A stretch of DNA of 64,000 nucleotides from Cyanobacteriota bacterium (GTDB lineage: Bacteria; Cyanobacteriota; Cyanobacteriia; PCC-6307; Cyanobiaceae), in assembly GCA_046052125.1 (NCBI GenBank), contig JBJOMY010000007.1, forward strand, positions 16,448 to 80,447. The letters are read 5' to 3'. Every line of letters starts with the position of its first letter. Positions within the stretch are counted from its first letter, which is position 1. Shown here one piece after another: positions 55,432 through 62,700 of the stretch. Below the pieces are notes generated by a model, which was given only the letters and a program-made list of their open reading frames with translations, searched no databases and was not told where the DNA came from. Position numbers and translations under genes: made by a program.

Positions 55432-56220
55432 ATGACCTTTGCGCGCCGCTTTCGTCGCCGCCTGTCGGCTCCTCTGCTGCTCCTGATCACGTCGGCCTCG
55501 TCAGTGCCGTTGGCCATGCCGGCTCACGCTCTCGACGATGCAGCCCTGGCACGGAAACTCGCCTCGATTCCCGTGCTCCTGCCCACGGACACGGCAGGCA
55601 AACCGGTGCTGATCGATCGTCCCGTGGGGGGCAAGAGCACGCCGGTTCTGTTCGGCGCTTTCTCACCCGAAGCCGCTGAGGCGCTCCAACAACAGATCAT
55701 TCAGCCGCAGCTCAAGGCGAAGGCCGCCAGCATCCAATTCAGGGCCACCAACCTGGTGGATTTCGAAGCCGTGCTGCTGGATTCACGTAAACAGCAACCT
55801 GCTGTTGTGCGCGCTTACATCCCCGATCCCCTGCAGGAGTCAGCTGTGGTGCCGATGCTGATCGAACAGGGGGCCAAACCCGAGGAGGCGCGCCAACTTG
55901 CACGCAGCCAACCGGTGATCTTCTGCCCGGACCCGTTGGTTCAGGTCAACGTCAAACGCGACAAACTCAACACCACCACAGTGCCCTGCGGCCTGGATTT
56001 CCGCGAGATGGCGCTGTTTGTGCTCGGACCTCGCCTCAAAGATCGCCGCCCCGGCCTGGTGGGCTTACCGCTGGAGCGGATGGTGACGCTGATGCGCACG
56101 CTAAAGGGAAGCGAAGGCGACCATCTCACCATCACCCCATCGCCATCGATGCAGGCGCTGCTGAACCGGCTGGCCAGCAGCAACACCACTCCCGCATCGC
56201 CAGCAACCAAGAAGCCCTAG
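55432..56220 (+). CDS. Tic22-like periplasmic chaperone
   Basis: Signal peptide ending AHA, then LDDAALARKLASIPVLLPTDTAGKPVL, resembling the Tic22 start (KL..vPVF.itd..G.Pl); second half-repeat QPVIF; size fits Tic22. Confidence 0.7.
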   Translation: MTFARRFRRRLSAPLLLLITSASSVPLAMPAHALDDAALARKLASIPVLLPTDTAGKPVLIDRPVGGKSTPVLFGAFSPEAAEALQQQIIQPQLKAKAASIQFRATNLVDFEAVLLDSRKQQPAVVRAYIPDPLQESAVVPMLIEQGAKPEEARQLARSQPVIFCPDPLVQVNVKRDKLNTTTVPCGLDFREMALFVLGPRLKDRRPGLVGLPLERMVTLMRTLKGSEGDHLTITPSPSMQALLNRLASSNTTPASPATKKP

Positions 56221-56224
56221 GGCA

Positions 56225-56551
56225 TCAGGCAGCGATTGGCTCCTCAACCTGGGTCAGGGGCTCAACGCCCTGGACGTCAAGCTCCTGCTTGATCAGCGTC
56301 ACATAAGTTTGTTGAGCCGCTTGAAGGTTGCGCAAACGAAACTGCAGCTCGTTCTGCTCCTGACTGCAGCGCAGGAGGTCGTTGATCATCGCCGTCACGG
56401 TTTCGGGAAGGCTGTCGATGGCGTAGGTCACACCGTCGATGTTGAACAACGGACGCTCTGCCGCACTGTCCAGCACCTCAAGAGTTCTCGGATCGGGGCT
56501 CTCACCGGTCACATCGGTCTCGAGCTCGGCCTCGAAATGGTCGTCGGACAT
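56225..56551 (-). CDS. DUF6447-like small acidic protein
   Basis: FNIDGVTYAIDSLPE followed by a coiled coil ending LQAAQQTYVTLIKQEL. Confidence 0.6.
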   Translation of the reverse strand: MSDDHFEAELETDVTGESPDPRTLEVLDSAAERPLFNIDGVTYAIDSLPETVTAMINDLLRCSQEQNELQFRLRNLQAAQQTYVTLIKQELDVQGVEPLTQVEEPIAA

Positions 56552-56707
56552 ACCAGGGACCTCCCCAACAGTGCGGTGAACTTAAGCCCATTTCCCAGCG
56601 GCGCCGCACAAGCCGCAGCGGGGGGGGCATCAGAAAGGCGAACAAATTCCGAAGAGCCCTTTCTTTTTCATACGGCAATGCAAAAATGGCGCACCTTTCC
56701 GTCGTAA

Positions 56708-59700
56708 GTGCGCCAAAACCGCGCTGCTCTGGGTCTCCTGCCTGCCTTCCTGCTCCTGAGCGGGACGGCAACCTCCGTGCTGGCACAGACCCAGAACATC
56801 GGCACCAGCAGCGGCACTTACACCTCTCCGAGCTCTCAGCCCTTCGTCTACGGCCAGGGCAACAACGGCAGCACACCCAGCTACAACCCCTGGGGTAATG
56901 GCCGCACCGGTGGCACCGGCGGCAGCGGCCCGACGATCACCTACAGCCTGATCAACGGCTCCTCCATCGGGACAACAGCCGGAGCCAGCTCCGCCGGCGG
57001 ACGCGGCGGCAACGGCGGCACCAGTGCCGGTGATGGTGGTGATGGCGGATCCGGTGGGTCCCCGGGGAACGTCACGGTCACCATTACCTCCGGCACGAAC
57101 ATCAGCGCCAGCTCGCTGGTGAATGGCGGCTATACGAGCGTTCTTGGAGCCATTGCCAGCGTCAGCGCTGGTAATGGCGGCGATGGCGCCAATGCCGGAC
57201 TGGTGAGTGGTGGTTCCGGCGGTGTCGGAGGTAGCTCCGCCGGCCAGACGGCCCAGCTGAACACCCAGGGCGGCAGCTCCATCAGCGCCACCAGCACCTC
57301 GGGCTCCTACGGCGCCATCGGCCTGCTGTCGCAAGCCACCGGGGGGATCGGTGGCGATGGCGGCAGCGGCACCTTTGGTGGCGGTGGCAGCGGTGGCAGC
57401 GGCGGTTTCTCCGGCACCGCCTCGGTCAACAATGCCGGCAACATCACCGTTACCTCCAGTGGCGGCGCTGGTGGCGCCGGCATCCTGGTTCAGTCGGTGG
57501 GCGGCCAGGGCGGCTCCTCTGGCAGCGGCGGCATCATCTCCTTCGGCAACCTCGGGGGCACCGGCGGTAATGCCGGCACGGTGAACGTGGTGAACTCCGG
57601 AAACATCACCGTGAGCGGTAACGGGGTGTTTGGCATCAACGCCCAAAGCGTGGGCGGCGGCGGCGGTGCTGTGGCTCCCAGCATTTCCCTAGCCAACCTT
57701 GGTTCCTCCGAGGGCGGCGGCGGCGGTGCCGGCGGCAGTGCCACCGTAACCATGAGCGGCGGCAGCATCCGCACCAATGGCTCCAATGCCATAGGCATCA
57801 TTGTTCAGTCGATTGGCGGCGGCGGCGGCGCCATCGGCAGCAGTGCCGCTGCGATCAATCTGGGCGGCTCATCCTCGGGTGGCTTCGGCGGCAATGCCGG
57901 TAGCGCCACGCTGAACTTCAGCGGCGGAAGCGTCACCACTGGTAGCGCCACCGTTGGCACGCTCTCCAGCGGCATCCTGGTGCAGAGCATCGGCGGCGGC
58001 GGCGGCAGTGCCGGCACGAGCTATGGCCTGATCTCTTTTGGCGCATCCGGTGGCAACGGAGGCAACGGAGGTACTGCCACTGCTTATCTCAGCAGCGGCA
58101 GTGTCACCACCTACCAGGATTTCGCCCCCGGTATCACCGTGCAGAGCATCGGTGGCGGTGGTGGCAATGGCGGCAATGCTTCATCAGCCGGCGTGGGCGT
58201 ATCGGTGGCCGTGGGCGGCACCGGTGCCGCTGGCGGCGTCGGCGGCACGGCTCAGGTCTTTGCTCCATCGCTGAACAGTGTTCCGATCACCATCAACACC
58301 TCCGGCAACAGTTCGCCAGGCCTGTTGGTGCAAAGCATTGGTGGCGGTGGCGGCAATGGCGGCAGCTCCACCAGCGCCTCCGTTGGCATTGCCAGTGCCT
58401 CAATCGCCGTGGGCGGCAGCGGCGGCAGCGGTGCAACCGCCGGCAAAGTCACAGTTGGAACGTCGAGCGTCCCTCTCTATATCAATGTCACCACCCAAGG
58501 AGCTAGCTCGCCCGGCATCAGCCTGATGTCGGTTGGCGGGGGCGGCGGCAGCGGCGGTGCCAGCGGGTCGCTGGCCGGCGGCGCCGCGGGCAGCTTCAGC
58601 CTCGGCATCGGTGGCACCGGCGGTACCGGCGCCAACTCTGGCGTCGTCTACGCCAACATCGCCGGCAACATCACAACCAGCGGCTTCCAGTCACCCGGCA
58701 TCTATGCCGCCAGCATCGGTGGCGGTGGAGGCAGCGGCGGCGCCAGCATGAGCCTGAGTGCCGGGGGGGTTGTCGCCGCCTCCCCATCGGTTGGAGGCAG
58801 CGGCGGTGCGGCTGGTAACGCCAACACCGTCAGCGTCACCTACAGCGGCAACATCGTCACCGCCGGCGATTACTCACCCGGTGTGAGCATCAACAGCATC
58901 GGTGGCGGTGGTGGCAGTGGCGGTAGTTCGCTATCGGCCTCCGCCAGCGGGGGCGTGAGCATGTCAGTTGCCGTTGGAGGCCAAGGGAGCGGTGGTGGCT
59001 ATGGCTCCAGCGCGACCGGTTCGATCAGCGGCAACATCACCACAACGGGGGCTTACTCACCGGGCATTTTCATCCAGAGCATCGGTGGCGGTGGCGGCAG
59101 CGGTGGTTCGGCCGTCACAGGCAGCATGAGCATCAACCCGGTGGCATCCGGTGCGATTGGGGTTGGCCTCGGCGGCAGTGCCGGTGGTGGTGGCAACGGC
59201 GGGGCCGTGACCCTCACCTACAACGGCGGATCGATCAGCACTACTGGCGACTTCTCCCTCGGCATCCTCGCTCAGAGTGTGGGTGGTGGTGGTGGCCAAG
59301 GCGGCATCAGCACCAGTGGTTCAGTGGCGGTCTCCGGGGGAGCCTCCGTGAGTGGTGCCGTAGCCATGGGTGGCAGCGGCGGCAATGGTGGCAATGCCTC
59401 CAGCGTGTCGGTCACCGCGTCCGGAAACGTGCTCTCCACCTCGGGCAACGTGGCCCCGGGCATCCTGGCCCAGAGCATCGGCGGTGGTGGTGGCAGCGGT
59501 GGCTCCAGCCTCACCCTCCAGGGCTCGGCCGGAGGGGCCGCAGGCGTCAACCTCGGGGGCTCCACCGGCGGCACGGGCGGCGCCGGTGGCAATGCCTCCT
59601 CAGTCAGTCTCACCTCCTCGTTCACCACGATCCTCACCACGGGCAATTACTCCCCAGGACTCCTGGCCCAGAGCATTGGTGGTGGTGGTGGTGGTGGTGG

Positions 59701-62700
59701 CTCTTCAGCCTCCCTCAGCGCGTCAGGGGGCGGCACGGCGGGCGTGAATGCAGTGGCCACTGTGGGTGGCGCCGGCAGTTCCGGCGGTTCCGCTGGCAGT
59801 GTCACGCTCAACTCGTCGAGCAACATCTCGACCAGCGGCTACAACTCCTACGGAATCTTTGCCCAGAGCGTGGGCGGCGGTGGCGGCAGCGGCGGCAGCG
59901 CTGCGAGCGTGAGTCTCTCGGGTGGTGGCAGCGCTGCCATTTCCGCAGGGGCCACGATCGGTGGTTCCGGGGCCGGCGGGGGTTCAGCCGGAACCGTCAC
60001 GGTGACCTCCACCGGCTCCAGCATCCAAACGACAGGCAACTCAGCAACTGGGATCCTCGCCCAGAGCATTGGCGGTGGTGGTGGCAATGGCGGCAGCGCC
60101 AGCACGATCAGCGCCACCGCCTCAGGCGGTGCCTCGGTGAACGCCAACCTCACCATGGGAGGCCAGGGAGGCGGCGGGGGCAATGCCGGTCAGGTGTCGG
60201 TCACCAGCTACAGCTCGATCACCACGACAGGCAATTCCTCCTACGGCATCTACGCGCAATCGGTGGGCGGTGGTGGTGGCAGCGGCGGCATGAGCACCAA
60301 CATGCAGGCCGGCATTGCCGCCAGTGGTGCCGTGAACGTGGGGGTCACCATGGGAGGGGCCGGCGGCGGCGGCGGCAGCGGCGGTGCTGTGCAGGTGAAC
60401 TCCTACGGAAATCTGATCAGCACAAGTGGTTACAACGCCGCTGGCATCTACGCCCAATCACTGGGCGGCGGCGGCGGTAGCGGCGGCCAGTCGAACAGTT
60501 TCAGCCTGGCGGCCAGCGGCTCCGGCAGCGTGAACGCCAATGCCCAGATCGGCGGCAGTGGAGGTGGTGGCGGTAGCGGTAGCACCGTGACCATCTACAG
60601 CACCAGTTCGATCATCACGAGCGGAAATTCCGCCTACGGAATCTTCGCCCAGAGCGTGGGCGGCGGTGGTGGCAACGGGGGTGGAACCCTCAGCGGCCAG
60701 CTGGCTGCTGGCGCGGGCCCCACGGTGAATGCCGGCGTCAGCCTCGGAGGCAGTGGCGGTGGTGGCGGCAGCGGCGGCGCTGTGAGCGTGACTTCGCTCG
60801 GGAACAGCATCACCACAACGGGTGACCAGGCAACCGGCATCCTGGCCCAGAGCATCGGTGGTGGTGGTGGCGCTGGCGGCAGCACCATCAGTCTTCAGGG
60901 CGCCGGTGGCACAGCACCGGCCGTGAACGCGGGAGTGAGCATCGGTGGCAGCGGTGGCAGTGGCGGTGCCGCCGGTTCGGTGACGGTGATGAGCGAAAGC
61001 ATCATCAACACCTCCGGCAATTCGGCGTACGGCATCTTTGCCCAAAGTGTGGGTGGCGGCGGCGGCAGCGGCGGCAGCACCATCAGCGGCCAGATCGCTC
61101 TCTCCACCGGTGCAACCGCCAGCGTGGGTGTGAACCTCGGTGGAGCCGGCGGCTCCGGCAACACCGCAGGCAACGTGAGCGTGACCTCCAAGGGAGCCTC
61201 GATCACCACCCGCGGCAACAACGCAGCAGCCATCTACGCCCAAAGCATCGGCGGCGGTGGCGGCAGTGGCGGCCAAGCCTCAAGCTTCAGCCTCAGCGGC
61301 TCGACGGGTGGGCCATCCATCACCGCCAATGCCAACGTTGGCGGCAACGGTGGTAGTGGCGGTTCTGGCGGCAACGTCACGATCGTGAACAGCTCCACGA
61401 TCAGCACCGGCTCCGTCGTCGACGGTGTGGTCTATGGCGTTAACTCCTTCGGTTTGTTTGCCCAGAGCGTGGGAGGCTCCGGGGGATTCGGCGGCAGCAC
61501 CCTCACCGGACAGCTCAGCGCAAGCAACGCCTCCCCCAGTGTGAATGCCGGGGTGTCGATCGGGGGCTCCGGCGGCAGTGGCAATTCCGGCGGGTCGGTG
61601 AGCATCACCTCGACGGATGCCTCGATCACCACCCTCGGCGACTACGCCGCTGGCATCTTCGCCCAGTCGGTGGGTGGAGGAGGTGGCGCCGGCGGCAGCA
61701 CCCTCAGCATTCAGGGATCGGGCTCTTCCTCCGGCACCACCGTGAATGGTGGTGTGAGCTTGGGCGGTGCGGGCGGCAGCGGCAGCAACGGTGGCACGGT
61801 CACCGTGACCAGCAACTCCAACATCTCCACCGGTTACGACCTTGGCAATGGCGTTATCAGCGGCGCCTACGCCTACGGCATCTTTGCCCAAAGCATCGGT
61901 GGCGGTGGTGGCAGCGGTGGGTCCACCAAGTCGTACACCGGAACGGTCTCCTCCTCAGGCCAACCCATCACCCTGGGCGCCTCCGTCGGTGGCAGTGGCG
62001 GCAGCGGCGGCAGCGCCTCAACGGTGACCGTCTACGCCAGCGGGAACATCACCACCCGGGGCTACGCCGCCACAGGCCTCTTGGCCCAGAGCATTGGCGG
62101 CGGCGGCGGCGCCGGCGGCTCCACCAGCTCCATGTCGCTCAACGCATCCCAAAGCGGCAGCAAGGTTCAGGGCAGCATCGACATCAGCATCGGCGGCAGC
62201 GGCGGCAGCGGCGGCAACGCCGGCAAGGTGGTGGTGCAGCCCTACCAGCAGGGACAGGCGCTCACCATCACCACGTTCGGCGACCAAGCCCATGGGCTCT
62301 ATGCCCAGAGCGTGGGTGGCGGTGGCGGCCAGGGTGGCAGCAGCCAGAACAGCTCCACCAACAAATCCGATTCGAAATACAGCTTTGGCGGCTCCGCCAC
62401 CGTGGGCGGCGGCGGCGGCCAGGGCGGCACCGGCAATGCGGTGCTGATCGGCACCAACCAGCGCAAGCCCCTGCTGGTCGAGATCGAAACCCAAGGTGAT
62501 AATGCCTACGGCCTGTTTGCCCAAAGTGTGGGCGGCGGCGGCGGCAGCGGCGGTAGCTCTTCCAGTGAAACCTCCGGTGGAGCCCTCTCCGCCAGCTTCA
62601 GCTTTGGCGGCAGTGGCGGCTATGGCGGCAGCGCCGGCAGTGTCAAGGTTTACGCCAGCGGCAACATCATCACCAGCGGCAACAACTCCGCTGGCCTCAC

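Noticed and set aside
59678..59698. (GGT)7 run as a phase-variation switch
   Set aside because: Trinucleotide slippage keeps the frame and only changes poly-Gly length
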